Source of the DNA: an uncultured Helicobacter sp.
Lineage (GTDB): Bacteria > Campylobacterota > Campylobacteria > Campylobacterales > Helicobacteraceae
Assembly (NCBI RefSeq): GCF_937906905.1
Contig: NZ_CALERY010000034.1
Coordinates: forward strand, 10,401 to 74,400
Reading direction: 5' to 3'
Length of the DNA stretch: 64,000 nucleotides
Below, piece by piece: positions 26,919 to 36,786 of the stretch (position 1 is its first letter; the number at the start of each line of letters is the position of its first letter). Below the pieces are notes generated by a model. The model searched no databases. It was not told the DNA's origin and worked only from the letters and a program-made list of their open reading frames with translations. The position numbers and the translations under genes are program-made.

Positions 26919-27043
26919 ATATCTAGCACAGAATCCATATCGTATGTATTTTTGCAGTTTCGTGTGTTATTTTATGATGTATAAAAGCAAGATAGCTTGC
27001 GAGAGAATACAATCAAAATCAAGTAGCAAAAAGAATAGCGAAG

Positions 27044-27120
27044 TGGCGGAGCGGACGGGGCTCGAACCCGCGACCCCCTGCGTGACAGGCAGGTATTCTA
27101 ACCAGCTGAACTACCGCTCC
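27044..27120 (-). tRNA. tRNA-Asp (GUC)
   Basis: The reverse complement folds as a cloverleaf: GGAGCGGTAGTTCAGCTGGTTAGAATACCTGCCTGTCACGCAGGGGGTCGCGGGTTCGAGCCCCGTCCGCTCCGCCA. Anticodon loop is CTGTCAC. Confidence 0.95.
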
Positions 27121-27157
27121 AAAGGAGATATGTAGAATCTGCAAAAGCAAATATAAA

Positions 27158-27233
27158 TGGTGGTCGCTACAAGGCTCGAACTTGTGACATCCACCTTGTA
27201 AGGGTGGCGCTCTACCAACTGAGCTAAGCGACC
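27158..27233 (-). tRNA. tRNA-Val (UAC)
   Basis: Reverse complement GGTCGCTTAGCTCAGTTGGTAGAGCGCCACCCTTACAAGGTGG...GCGACCACCA. Anticodon loop is CTTACAA. Confidence 0.95.
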
Positions 27234-27266
27234 GAAAAAACGCAAGAACAAAAAGAAGAGAAAAAG

Positions 27267-27341
27267 TGGTGACCCCTAGGGGATTTGAACCCCTGTAGCC
27301 ACCGTGAAAGGGTGGTATCCTAACCACTAGATGAAGGGGCC
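27267..27341 (-). tRNA. tRNA-Glu (UUC)
   Basis: Reverse complement GGCCCCTTCATCTAGTGGTTAGGATACCACCCTTTCACGGTGG...GGGGTCACCA. Anticodon loop is CTTTCAC. Confidence 0.95.
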
Positions 27342-27354
27342 ACTACTTAATCAA

Positions 27355-27430
<76 letters not shown>

Positions 27431-27470
27431 AAAAATAAAAGCGAGATTGTAAGATTTTTGCCGCGCTTTG

Positions 27471-28274
27471 TCAAGGGTTGGAGCCAGATTCAAGATATTT
27501 TATAAGGATTTCTATGGCTTTGGTGCTGGCTTGAAGCTGGATATATTCGCGTGTGCTAAGTCGATATGATAGCGTGCCATCTCCGCTAACCATACTAGAA
27601 TCCAAAAGCTCTTGCTGCTTTAGAAGCCCAGCTTCTGTCTTAGCTTCCTTAGTGGTTTTTACTTTGTCGTGGAAAAAGTGCCGCTCGATAAGCGGCAGCT
27701 TACCGCGTGCCTGCACTCCTAGAAACACGCACCCTACGGGCTTTTGCTCACTTCCACCGCTTGGACCTGCTACTCCAGAGCTCGCTAGCGCCACATCTGC
27801 GCCAAATCTCTCCAGCGTGCCAGAGAGCATTTGTGATACAACAGGCTCGCTCACTGCGCCAAAATCCTCTAGCACATCGGGCTTTACACCCAACATCTCG
27901 CGCTTTATGTCATTGGCATAACTAACCACTCCGCCGACAAATACGCTAGAAGCGCCATTTATTCTAGTGAAGCGATAGCTTAGTAGTCCGCCTGTGCAGC
28001 TCTCCGCAGTTGCGAGTTTAAGCCCTAGATTTTCTAGTCGAGCCAGTGCTATAGCTTCCAGAGTGTGCCCAAACCCTATATTAGTGCCAAAAAACCCACA
28101 TGCCCAGCGCTCAAATCGCTCTAGCTCGGCATGCTCGCCCCAAATTTGCGCACATGCCCCTCTATCCTCCCACACTAGCCCAAATCGAGCAATCATCTCC
28201 GCACATAAAATTCGAGCAGAATCCATATCCATATTAAGAAAGAACGCTAATTTTTGTGATAGTTGTTGTTGCAC
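27471..28274 (-). CDS. CinA-family protein / nicotinamide-nucleotide amidohydrolase (PncC domain)
   Basis: 267 aa. 'LATAESCTGGLLS...GGVVSYAN..K' is the CinA C-terminal domain signature. Confidence 0.75.
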   Translation of the reverse strand: MQQQLSQKLAFFLNMDMDSARILCAEMIARFGLVWEDRGACAQIWGEHAELERFERWACGFFGTNIGFGHTLEAIALARLENLGLKLATAESCTGGLLSYRFTRINGASSVFVGGVVSYANDIKREMLGVKPDVLEDFGAVSEPVVSQMLSGTLERFGADVALASSGVAGPSGGSEQKPVGCVFLGVQARGKLPLIERHFFHDKVKTTKEAKTEAGLLKQQELLDSSMVSGDGTLSYRLSTREYIQLQASTKAIEILIKYLESGSNP

Positions 28275-28427
28275 CTTTGCTCCTTTAAAGATACGAGATT
28301 TGGTAGTGGGGTTGGCACATTCAGCTTTTGTGCCAGATTCTAGCCAAATCGCTTGAAAAAACAGCTTTTAAAGTATCTTTTAACTTAATCCCATATAATA
28401 ATCCCTTACCCCACAAAGGAGCAACAC

Positions 28428-29276
28428 ATGCAAAACAAAAAAGACGCCAAGCCTACGAAAAAGGCTATCACAATCCGCCCAGAATCCGATAAAACCCGCA
28501 CAAAAGATATTTACAAGAAAAATGGACGGCTTAAAGATGAGTTCTATTTAAAAGAGATTGAAAAACTCCAAGTCGAGCTGCTCAAACTCCAAAACTGGGT
28601 CAAAAAGACTAATCAAAAGATTGTCATTATCTTAGAGGGGCGAGATGCTGCTGGTAAAGGTGGGACAATCAAGGCTCTCACAGAGCATTTGAATCAGCGT
28701 GGATTCCGCATAGTTGCGCTTCCTAAGCCAACAGAAATCGAGAAAACACAATGGTATTTCACTCGCTACATCAGCACGCTGCCAAGTGGGGGTGAGATTG
28801 TGTTTTTTGATCGTAGCTGGTATAACCGCGCAGGTGTAGAGCGCGTCATGGGGTTTTGCACGCAAGAGGAGTATCGGCAATTTATCTACCAAGTAAGCAA
28901 TCTCGAGCAAATGCTTATTAGCAGTGGCACGATGATTTTTAAATATTTCCTTGATGTGGGGCAAGAGGAGCAAAAACGCAGAATCAAGCGCCGAAAAACT
29001 GACCCGCTACGCATGTGGAAGCTAAGCCCAATCGATTCCAAGTCGCTTGATCTCTGGGACGAATACACAGCGGTATTTGAGAAAATGTTTTCACGCACGC
29101 ATACACCCTATGCGCCATGGATTATCGTGGATTCCAATGATAAAAAGGCAGCACGCCTTAATATCGCACGCGATCTACTTAGCAAAATCGACTACGATGG
29201 CAAAGATCCGGCTTCTGTGTGCTTGCTTGCGAATCCAGCTATTCTCCACCCCTACTCACAATCTCCAAAAGTTTAG
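28428..29276 (+). CDS. ppk2: polyphosphate kinase 2
   Basis: 282 aa. 'IILEGRDAAGKGGTIK' Walker A and 'FDRSWYNR' PPK2 motifs. Confidence 0.9.
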   Translation: MQNKKDAKPTKKAITIRPESDKTRTKDIYKKNGRLKDEFYLKEIEKLQVELLKLQNWVKKTNQKIVIILEGRDAAGKGGTIKALTEHLNQRGFRIVALPKPTEIEKTQWYFTRYISTLPSGGEIVFFDRSWYNRAGVERVMGFCTQEEYRQFIYQVSNLEQMLISSGTMIFKYFLDVGQEEQKRRIKRRKTDPLRMWKLSPIDSKSLDLWDEYTAVFEKMFSRTHTPYAPWIIVDSNDKKAARLNIARDLLSKIDYDGKDPASVCLLANPAILHPYSQSPKV

Positions 29277-29437
29277 ATTCTAGTCACAGGACACGCCTTT
29301 AGATTCTAGGGCAAACTTAGAGTCTAAAGTCTGGGCAATGGCTGCTGTCGGGATTTGCATTGATTCTGGGCTTGCTGGATTTGCTTAAATCATACTGCCC
29401 CGATTGGCTAAAAACATCTTGGTCTTTGATTTGGTCA

Positions 29438-30724
29438 TTAAGAGCTTGCTGTCTCTAGGTGTTCTACCCCCAAAATTTTGGCACTGACGAGATACTCGCC
29501 ATCACAGAGTTCAATCTCATCATGCTTGCGCAGCTTGCTAAGCTGGGTTTTGCGCCCGTTTTGTAGTATCTCTGCCCCAGATTCTAGCTTCAAGCGACTT
29601 GGAGCAAATGCTTGTAGTCCTTTGTGTAGCAGCTCAAGCTCCTGCTCCCTCTCGCGCAGGAGTGGAAGCGCTCTGTATCGTGCATTTATCGCCTCTAGCG
29701 CTGCGCTTTTATGGCGCAGCTCGTGATAAAGCGCAGAATCCAATAGCGTGCGAAGCTGTAGAATCTGCTCCCCTGCGTGTGTAAGTTTGCTTTCATGGCT
29801 TATGTGTTTATAGAGCTCGGCGATTTGTGTGCAGAGACTTTGCGCGTAAGAAAGTGTGTGCTGCATGTTTTGGGCATATTGGGCAGAAATTTCATCAAGG
29901 CGCAAGAGCCACTCCTGCCTATCTGGCAAAATCATCTCCATACAAGCCGATGGTGTAGGTGCGCGCAAATCGGCGACAAAATCGCTGATGACAAAATCTA
30001 TCTCATGCCCCACAGCAGAGACAATGGGCGTGCGTGCGTTAAAAATCGCTTGCGCGACAATTTCTTCATTAAACCCCCATAAATCCTCCATGCTGCCCCC
30101 ACCTCTGCCTATGACGATAATATCAAAGGCGTCCTTTGTGCCAAAAAAGCTATCAGCATAGGCGATGTTGCGAGCGATTTGTGCGCCTGCTTGCGTGCCT
30201 TGTGTGAGTGTGTCAAAAGCGACAAGCTTAGTGAGACTCCAGCGTGCGGCAGCGACTTTTTTCATATCTTGCAAAGCTGCACCAGAGAGCGAGGTGAGTA
30301 GGGCGATTTTGCGAGGAAACGGCGGGAGTGGCTTTTTGCGCTCTTTAGCAAAAAATCCTTTGGATTCTAGAGAGGCTTTAAGCTGCTCGTAACGCTCTGC
30401 CAGCGAGCCCATACCTCCTTCTTGCAGGCTTTTGCAGATGACTTGATACTCTCCACGAGCGCTATACACGCTTAACGCACCACGCACAAGGATATGCATG
30501 CCATTGCTTGGCATGCAATGAAGCGAGCGTGCATTGCCTCTAAACATCACGCAGCGAATCGAGCTTGTAGAATCTTTTACACTAAAGTAGAGATGACCAC
30601 TTGCTTGGTGGTGGGTAAAGTTGCTCACCTCACCTTCAAAGCATACCTCCAGGAATGTAGCCTCAAGTAGTGATTTTATTTGCGCATTAAGCGCGCTGAC
30701 ACTTAGGGGCTGAAGATTATTCAT
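29438..30724 (-). CDS. xseA: exodeoxyribonuclease VII large subunit
   Basis: 428 aa. N-terminal OB-fold 'VSALN..IKSLLE...V.GEVSNF..H.SGH.YF..KD' and 'GRGGGS.EDLW.FNEE'. Confidence 0.9.
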   Translation of the reverse strand: MNNLQPLSVSALNAQIKSLLEATFLEVCFEGEVSNFTHHQASGHLYFSVKDSTSSIRCVMFRGNARSLHCMPSNGMHILVRGALSVYSARGEYQVICKSLQEGGMGSLAERYEQLKASLESKGFFAKERKKPLPPFPRKIALLTSLSGAALQDMKKVAAARWSLTKLVAFDTLTQGTQAGAQIARNIAYADSFFGTKDAFDIIVIGRGGGSMEDLWGFNEEIVAQAIFNARTPIVSAVGHEIDFVISDFVADLRAPTPSACMEMILPDRQEWLLRLDEISAQYAQNMQHTLSYAQSLCTQIAELYKHISHESKLTHAGEQILQLRTLLDSALYHELRHKSAALEAINARYRALPLLREREQELELLHKGLQAFAPSRLKLESGAEILQNGRKTQLSKLRKHDEIELCDGEYLVSAKILGVEHLETASS

Positions 30725-30747
30725 TGTTTGTCTTCTTGATTGATGTG

Positions 30748-31923
30748 TTAGAAGCTTCTTGTAACAATACGCAAGACATCATTATATACTCCAAGCACCA
30801 TAAGTCCTAGCAAGAGTGTCCAGCCAAGCAGTGTGAGGGCGTAGAGCACACGATCGCTCATGGGTTTTCGCATGAGCGCCTCATAGCAGACAAAGAGGAT
30901 TTGTCCGCCATCAAGGGCTGGGATTGGCAGAAGATTTATTACGGCTAGATTGACAGAAATGAGCGCTATAAGCATAGCAAATGCCGAGAATCCACTAGGT
31001 GCGACTTCTGCCATGACATCAACAATCCCTACTACACCACCGACTTGATCAAGCGGTATCACGCCAAGAATAAGCTTTTTTAGACTTTCAAATATCAGCA
31101 ATGAGGAGCGTAGTAACTCCTTATAGGCAAATTTCACTGCGCGTGTGAAATTAAGCCGCATCTCTCCCACAGCTCCTTGCGCGCTAATGCCAATCATAGG
31201 CTGGCGTATCATCTCGCCAAAAAGATTTTGGTGGCTACTAGATTCTGGGCGTAGGATAAGTGTGAGTTTGGTTGTCTTATCACCTGTGATGCGCATAATC
31301 GCAAATGCAAGTGGAGCAAAAAGCTCGCCAGATCCTGGGCTAGAATCTAGCTGGGGTGTTTGTGAGATAATATCGCTCAAATCCTGCCACGAGAGAATTT
31401 CTATCAATGAAGCAGGCTCTCCTGGTGAAGCAAAATCCAGCACGCCTAGGCTAGAATCCCCAGAATCTATAACGCGAGCTCCCACAATATGATCGCCCGG
31501 TAAGATTCCAGCGCGCTGGGCTGGACTGTCTTCTTGCACTGAGCCCACGACTGGCAGCAGAACCTTGATCCCAGCACTAGCTACTGCAATGTAGAGCAGA
31601 AATGCCAGCAAGAGATTAAATACCACACCAGCACTTAAGATAATGATTTTTGCCCAAGGACTTTTACTGCTGTAACTATCATCTGCGATGTCGCGTTTGA
31701 GTGGGTCGAGATCGTCTTGCCCTTTTAGCTTGACATAGCCGCCAAGGGGGATTAGCGAGAGGGCATATTGCGTGCCACCAATGGTTTTGTGTAAAATTTT
31801 TTTCCCAAAGCCAATGCTAAAAACCTCCACTTTCACGCCCATAATCCGGGCTGCGCAAAAATGCCCTAACTCGTGGAAAAATATTAAGAAGCAAAGAGCT
31901 AAAAACGCGCTAAAAAGTCCCAT
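30748..31923 (-). CDS. rseP: RIP zinc metalloprotease RseP
   Basis: 391 aa. 'HELGHF' in TM1 and a C-terminal 'NLLPIPALDGG' motif. The PDZ region carries a low-complexity insertion. Confidence 0.9.
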   Translation of the reverse strand: MGLFSAFLALCFLIFFHELGHFCAARIMGVKVEVFSIGFGKKILHKTIGGTQYALSLIPLGGYVKLKGQDDLDPLKRDIADDSYSSKSPWAKIIILSAGVVFNLLLAFLLYIAVASAGIKVLLPVVGSVQEDSPAQRAGILPGDHIVGARVIDSGDSSLGVLDFASPGEPASLIEILSWQDLSDIISQTPQLDSSPGSGELFAPLAFAIMRITGDKTTKLTLILRPESSSHQNLFGEMIRQPMIGISAQGAVGEMRLNFTRAVKFAYKELLRSSLLIFESLKKLILGVIPLDQVGGVVGIVDVMAEVAPSGFSAFAMLIALISVNLAVINLLPIPALDGGQILFVCYEALMRKPMSDRVLYALTLLGWTLLLGLMVLGVYNDVLRIVTRSF

Positions 31924-32468
31924 TATTTCATACTTCTGTAATATCGCACACTATAATCAACGCCAGAGTAGAATGTCATAAATGTCGCAATCCATAGTAG
32001 CACCTCGCCTCCAGGGAAAAAGTCCGCGAGCAAAAATGCAATAGCCGCAATTTGAAAGCCTGTTTTGTATTTGCCAAGATAGCCTGCAGCCACAGACCTT
32101 CCAGAGCTGGCTACTACTACGCGCAAACCTGTGATGAAAAACTCGCGACTTAGGATAATAAACACTGCCCATGCATTGGCACGCTCTAGAATCAAAAGCC
32201 CGATAAATGCGCTAAGGATTAGCATTTTATCTGCTAGAGGGTCAAACACTTCGCCAAATATGGATTCTACTCCATAATTTCGCGCAATATAGCCATCGAA
32301 AAAATCTGTCAAAGACGCAAGACAGAAAATCAAGCAAGCAAAGTAATTAACCCAGCTTACATGCACCCAAGTAGGCAGGACAAGATCGCTATGCAGGAGA
32401 AAAAACAGCAAAAGCACCGCAAGCGCGATGCGAGTAATTGTAAGAATATTTGGGAGTTTTTTTATCAT
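31923..32468 (-). CDS. pgsA: CDP-diacylglycerol--glycerol-3-phosphate 3-phosphatidyltransferase
   Basis: 181 aa. CDP-alcohol phosphatidyltransferase motif 'DFFDGYIAR...G...DPLADK'. Confidence 0.9.
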   Translation of the reverse strand: MIKKLPNILTITRIALAVLLLFFLLHSDLVLPTWVHVSWVNYFACLIFCLASLTDFFDGYIARNYGVESIFGEVFDPLADKMLILSAFIGLLILERANAWAVFIILSREFFITGLRVVVASSGRSVAAGYLGKYKTGFQIAAIAFLLADFFPGGEVLLWIATFMTFYSGVDYSVRYYRSMK

Positions 32469-32625
32469 TGTCTAGCTTGTGTTGTTTTGATGATATTGGG
32501 CGTAGGCTCACTTGAGACAAGCTCTTGCGCTTTTGTGTCTCTTGACTTCTTGTTGGCTAGGCTACTCTGGCTACTTTTTGGCTGCTAGATTCTGGGCTGG
32601 ACTCGCCTGCTCTATGCTTGTGTGG

Positions 32626-32874
32626 CTATTTTTCGACAAGATTGCTAAAGCTGATGTCGCTTGTAAGCTCTGCTGCCATTTGCATGAGTGATTGAGTTTC
32701 CCTTTTCAAATCATTGATGACATCTTGATTGATAAATCCCGAAAGCTTGCGTAGCTTTTTGTATGTGCATTGCGTGACATAGGGGCGCAATGCTTTAAGC
32801 TGGTTTTCATCGATATTTGGTAGCGATTGAAAAATTTTTCTCAATATTCTATCAGGGACTGCGTGCTTTGCCAT
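32626..32874 (-). CDS. hypothetical small protein
   Basis: 82-aa ORF with coding-like composition. No motif recognised. Confidence 0.35.
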   Translation of the reverse strand: MAKHAVPDRILRKIFQSLPNIDENQLKALRPYVTQCTYKKLRKLSGFINQDVINDLKRETQSLMQMAAELTSDISFSNLVEK

Positions 32875-33126
32875 GTGTGATCCTTTACTTAGCCTCTTGC
32901 GCTTATGCTGTGAGGCTCCACATCTAAAGTCTCAATCCTTCAAGAAATCTCTTATTTTAGTGTGGAGCCCCTGGCGCTGCTATTATTGTAGTGAAATAAA
33001 CTGAAAGTATAGCAAAAATCGCCCTTAATTCTTAGGCTTTTTGTGGCTTTTTGCTTTTTGTGGGCAAAATTTGGCGCGATTAAGTGGTATAATGCAGGCA
33101 TTATTGTATATCTTTAAAGGACTGGA

Positions 33127-33876
33127 ATGCGCTGGGTTAAGTATGTTTTGATTTGTCTGTTTAGTGTGCTGATTTTTGCATGTGGTGGGATTTTTGTGTT
33201 TTTTATGCCAGAAATCAGGGCGCTTTTGCGCACAGAGAGTCTAAACACCACATATACACTAGATCTCTCTGCCACCATGCAAATCCCTTATGAGCGCTAC
33301 ATAAGCGCAATAAGCTTCGAGCCATATAAAAAGGTAGAATCCGATCCCAGTAACGCAGAATCTATGCTTACCCCAGTGCTTGCTAAAATCACCGATCGCA
33401 TTGGTAAAGAGCGTGGCACAGAGGGCAATCTCTGCCAGATTAAAGCCACCCCCAAGCTTCATAAGCGCACAGAATCCGCTCTTGCCATAGAGAGCGATAT
33501 TAGCTGCATAATATATAGCCAGAATCTGCCTGCATATAAAGCTATGCTAAAAGAAATTGACTATCTCGCGCTTAAGAGTGGATTGCTTAAGATCAAAATC
33601 TCCGCGCCTACTCCCACAATCACCCAGGAGCAGATAAAGCAAGCCACGCTCGCGTTGCGCGGGGAGATTTTGGGCGAGATAGATTCTAGCGTAGCATTTT
33701 ATGCAGAGAAAACACAAAAATCCTGCCGCCTAGTCTCGAGCCATGAAATGCCGCAGTTTTTAGCTTCAAATCGTAGGGCTAGTGGGGGATTTACCACGCC
33801 AGAGGATATTAGCCTACCGCTGGATCAGAGTGAGCCTATTAGCCTTAGAGCTCGCGTAAATATCGCATGCGAGTAG
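33127..33876 (+). CDS. hypothetical membrane-anchored protein
   Basis: 249 aa. N-terminal hydrophobic helix 'VLICLFSVLIFACGGIFVFFM'. No recognised domain. Confidence 0.45.
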   Translation: MRWVKYVLICLFSVLIFACGGIFVFFMPEIRALLRTESLNTTYTLDLSATMQIPYERYISAISFEPYKKVESDPSNAESMLTPVLAKITDRIGKERGTEGNLCQIKATPKLHKRTESALAIESDISCIIYSQNLPAYKAMLKEIDYLALKSGLLKIKISAPTPTITQEQIKQATLALRGEILGEIDSSVAFYAEKTQKSCRLVSSHEMPQFLASNRRASGGFTTPEDISLPLDQSEPISLRARVNIACE

Positions 33877-33926
33877 TCAGGGCAAGAAATGACTAGAATC
33901 TAAAGTAAGGAATCAAGTGTAAGCCT

Positions 33927-35039
33927 ATGCGATTTAATGAAGAGTTAGCCAGTATTGCCACATACCAGGCGGGTAAGCCTATTGAAGAAGTTGTGCGAAA
34001 CTTCGAGCTACGCGAGCAGGACATCATAAAGCTTGCGAGCAATGAAAATCCTTATGGCACTTCTGCGCGCGTGGTGCAGGCGATTAAAGACAATGCGCAC
34101 AAAGCTCATCTCTATCCAGATGATTCTATGCGTGCGCTTATTGAGCGGCTTTGCGCGCATTACCACATTAAAGATACAGAGTGTATTATTGGTGCAGGGA
34201 GCGACCAGATCATTGAGCTGTGTATGCATGCCAAAACACATAAGGGAAGCAAGATTCTCATCGCTGGTGTTACATTTGCTATGTATGAGATTTATGCCAA
34301 GCATATTGGCGTAGAGGTTATCAAAACACCTAGCCAAACACACGATCTTGCCCAGTTCTATGAGCTTTTTATCCAGCATCGTCCTGATGTGGTGTTTCTC
34401 TGTGTGCCAAACAACCCTCTGGGCGAGTGTCTAGGGCGCGATGAAGTGTATGAATTTATCGATCGCATAGGGCATGAGAGCGATGGCGAGACGCTTGTGG
34501 TGCTTGATGGTGCATATCAGGAATTTGCCGCATATAAAGATTCGAGCAAGCGTATTTGCCCGCATGATCTTATTTCGCGCTTTTCGCATGTGATTTATTT
34601 GGGGACATTTTCTAAGGCATATGGGCTTGGTGGTATGCGTGTGGGCTATGGGATCGCGCAAGCTTCTATCATTCAAGCCCTTTATAAGCTTCGCGCACCT
34701 TTCAATATCACCACGCTTAGCCTTGTGGCAGCGTGTGAGGTGTTTGATGATATGGAGTTTGTGGAGCGCACGATTGAGAGCAATTTTGTCCAAATGCGCA
34801 GATATGAAGAGTTTGCAGAATCTAGGGGGATTAGCTATATCCCATCTTATACCAATTTCATCACCTTTGTTTTGTCAAATCCTTATAATTCTTCTGTGAT
34901 TTGCGATACACTTTTGCGAGAGGGGATTATCATTCGCAATCTTGCTTCTTATGGTATCAATGCCTTTCGCATAACCATTGGCACACAGGAGCAAAATAAT
35001 CGCGTGCTATGCGCACTTGGCGAGATATTCTCGAGCTAG
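33927..35039 (+). CDS. hisC: histidinol-phosphate aminotransferase
   Basis: 370 aa. 'LASNENPYG' and '[16 protein letters not shown]' (PLP lysine) motifs. Confidence 0.9.
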   Translation: MRFNEELASIATYQAGKPIEEVVRNFELREQDIIKLASNENPYGTSARVVQAIKDNAHKAHLYPDDSMRALIERLCAHYHIKDTECIIGAGSDQIIELCMHAKTHKGSKILIAGVTFAMYEIYAKHIGVEVIKTPSQTHDLAQFYELFIQHRPDVVFLCVPNNPLGECLGRDEVYEFIDRIGHESDGETLVVLDGAYQEFAAYKDSSKRICPHDLISRFSHVIYLGTFSKAYGLGGMRVGYGIAQASIIQALYKLRAPFNITTLSLVAACEVFDDMEFVERTIESNFVQMRRYEEFAESRGISYIPSYTNFITFVLSNPYNSSVICDTLLREGIIIRNLASYGINAFRITIGTQEQNNRVLCALGEIFSS

Positions 35040-35088
35040 CATGAATGGCAGTAAGTAGTAATAGGAAAATTTTGTAAGGATACAAATA

Positions 35089-36777
35089 GTGGATACCAAA
35101 ACGCTTTTTGAACGCATAACTAAAATCTATAATAACCTAAGTGGTAAGCAAAAAATCGTCATCACCGCAACGATTATCCTGCTTATTGGGTTTTTTGTAT
35201 TTTTGCTTGTTTTTTCTAATAAGCAGGTGCAAAATTCCTATGGTGTGCTGTTTGAGGGCATGGATTCCTCGGATAATGCCCTAATTCTTCAGTATTTAAA
35301 AGACAACCAAATCCCTTACAGAATCCCGCGTAGTGATGTGATAGAAATCCCCAGTGAGCGCGTGGCAGAAGAGCGTATCGCGCTAGCAGCTCAAGGCATA
35401 CCTAAGACCTCTAAAGTGGGCTTTGAGGTTTTTGATATCAATAATATCGCCGAGACGGATTTCACTCAGCAAGTCAAATTCTTGCGCGCCACGGAAGGCG
35501 AGCTTACGCGCACAATAGAAGCTTTGGAGCCGATTTTTAAAGCAAATGTGCAGATTGCCAACCCTAAAGAATCGCTCTTTGTCTCCACAAGTATCCCGCC
35601 AACAGCGGCTGTTATGGTGCAGTTAAAGCCTGGCAGTGCGCTTTCATCATTTCAAATTACCGGGATTAAAAATCTCGTTTCTGCTGCTATCCCAAAGCTC
35701 ACGCCAGAGAATGTAAAAATTGTTGATGGCAATGGGATTCCGCTTGGAGAGGAAAATGATCTTGCCGGAATCAATGAAGTGCTTAAGCAGCGCCAGGCAA
35801 TCGTCCATGCCGATGAGCAAAAGCTCGCAGATAATATTGTGCGCCTGCTCTCTCCGCGTGCTGGAGGTTCCAACAAAGTTGTTGCAATCGTCAATCTCCA
35901 ATACGACTGGAATCAGCAAGAATCTGTCAAGCAGACATTCGATCCTGCCCAAGTTGTCCCGCGCTCAACAAAAGATTTCGAGCAGGAGAAGCAGGGTCCA
36001 GGCGAGAAGCGGATTGGTGGGATTCCGGGTGTGGAGAGTAATGTCGGTCCTGTGCAGAATCTAGATTCTGATAATGGGCAAATCAAAGAACGCACGACAG
36101 AAAATATCGCTAATAACGAGATTGGTACTGAAACAATCACAACTAAGCATGCTATGGGTAAGCCGCTGCGCCTCACGGCTTCCGTGCTTGTTAATGGTGG
36201 GCACAAGTTGGTGGTGGGTGATGATGGACAAGAGAGTTCAGAATATGTGCCTTTTACACCAGAGGAGCTTGCCAAGCTTGAAAATCTTGTCAAAAATGCC
36301 ATAGGCTTTGATGAAAAGCGCGGGGATTCTGTAACTGTGTCTGACTGGGATTTCTCCAAAGGCGAAGCGATCAAAGTGCCAAAGACATTTGTCGAGAGAG
36401 CCACAAGCTTCATGATGCAGTATGTCCCACTGCTTAAATATGTCATCATCGCCATTATCATCTTCATCTTTTACAAAAAAGTCATCGCGCCATTTGCAGA
36501 GCGTATGCTTGAAGTCCAAGATGCAGAAGACGATAAGATTGAATCGCTCTTTGAGGTTGATGATGACGATGATGAAGCGAGCTCGCGCTTTGGCGAGCTT
36601 CGCAAACGAGTTGAAGAGCAGCTTGGCATTAGTGGGGGTGGATTTAGTGAAGATGAGGTGAAATACGAAGTGCTGCTTGAAAAAATCAAAGCTGCCATTC
36701 AGGAGAAACCAGAGGAAATCGCCTCTCTATTCCAAAAGCTTATCCACGATGAAATCGGCTTAGAGAAGTCTAGCTAG
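35089..36777 (+). CDS. fliF: flagellar M-ring protein FliF
   Basis: 562 aa with a GTG start. YscJ/FliF family pattern, two TM segments, acidic C-terminus. Followed by fliG. Confidence 0.9.
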   Translation: MDTKTLFERITKIYNNLSGKQKIVITATIILLIGFFVFLLVFSNKQVQNSYGVLFEGMDSSDNALILQYLKDNQIPYRIPRSDVIEIPSERVAEERIALAAQGIPKTSKVGFEVFDINNIAETDFTQQVKFLRATEGELTRTIEALEPIFKANVQIANPKESLFVSTSIPPTAAVMVQLKPGSALSSFQITGIKNLVSAAIPKLTPENVKIVDGNGIPLGEENDLAGINEVLKQRQAIVHADEQKLADNIVRLLSPRAGGSNKVVAIVNLQYDWNQQESVKQTFDPAQVVPRSTKDFEQEKQGPGEKRIGGIPGVESNVGPVQNLDSDNGQIKERTTENIANNEIGTETITTKHAMGKPLRLTASVLVNGGHKLVVGDDGQESSEYVPFTPEELAKLENLVKNAIGFDEKRGDSVTVSDWDFSKGEAIKVPKTFVERATSFMMQYVPLLKYVIIAIIIFIFYKKVIAPFAERMLEVQDAEDDKIESLFEVDDDDDEASSRFGELRKRVEEQLGISGGGFSEDEVKYEVLLEKIKAAIQEKPEEIASLFQKLIHDEIGLEKSS

Positions 36778-36786
36778 GAGGATTTG

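Noticed and set aside
27019-27135. Possible integration of the 24.5-27.0 kb islet into tRNA-Asp (att-type duplication).
   Set aside because: No direct repeat of the tRNA-Asp 3' end was found at the far boundary (about 24530-24570). No integrase or recombinase gene is present in the islet.
28306-28323. Sigma54-like 'TTGGCACattcaGCTTTT' upstream of ppk2.
   Set aside because: The GG and GC dinucleotides are separated by 8 nt rather than the canonical 10, and no TTGC -12 element is correctly placed. ppk2 is not an expected RpoN target.
29271-29316. Direct repeat 'tttagattctag...tttagattctaggg' after ppk2, and 'tctagattctagggcgattctaggg' after fcl (24533-24557), considered as specific terminators or operator sites.
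   Set aside because: They are local instances of the window-wide AGAWTCT word. There is no U-tract or additional structure to support a distinct function.
32913-32969. 9-bp inverted repeat (ggctccaca ... tgtggagcc) with a loop of about 40 nt, upstream of the small ORF 32626-32874; considered as a riboswitch or ncRNA.
   Set aside because: It is a single stem with no recognisable riboswitch core and no conservation evidence available. It is most simply a leader or terminator-like hairpin.
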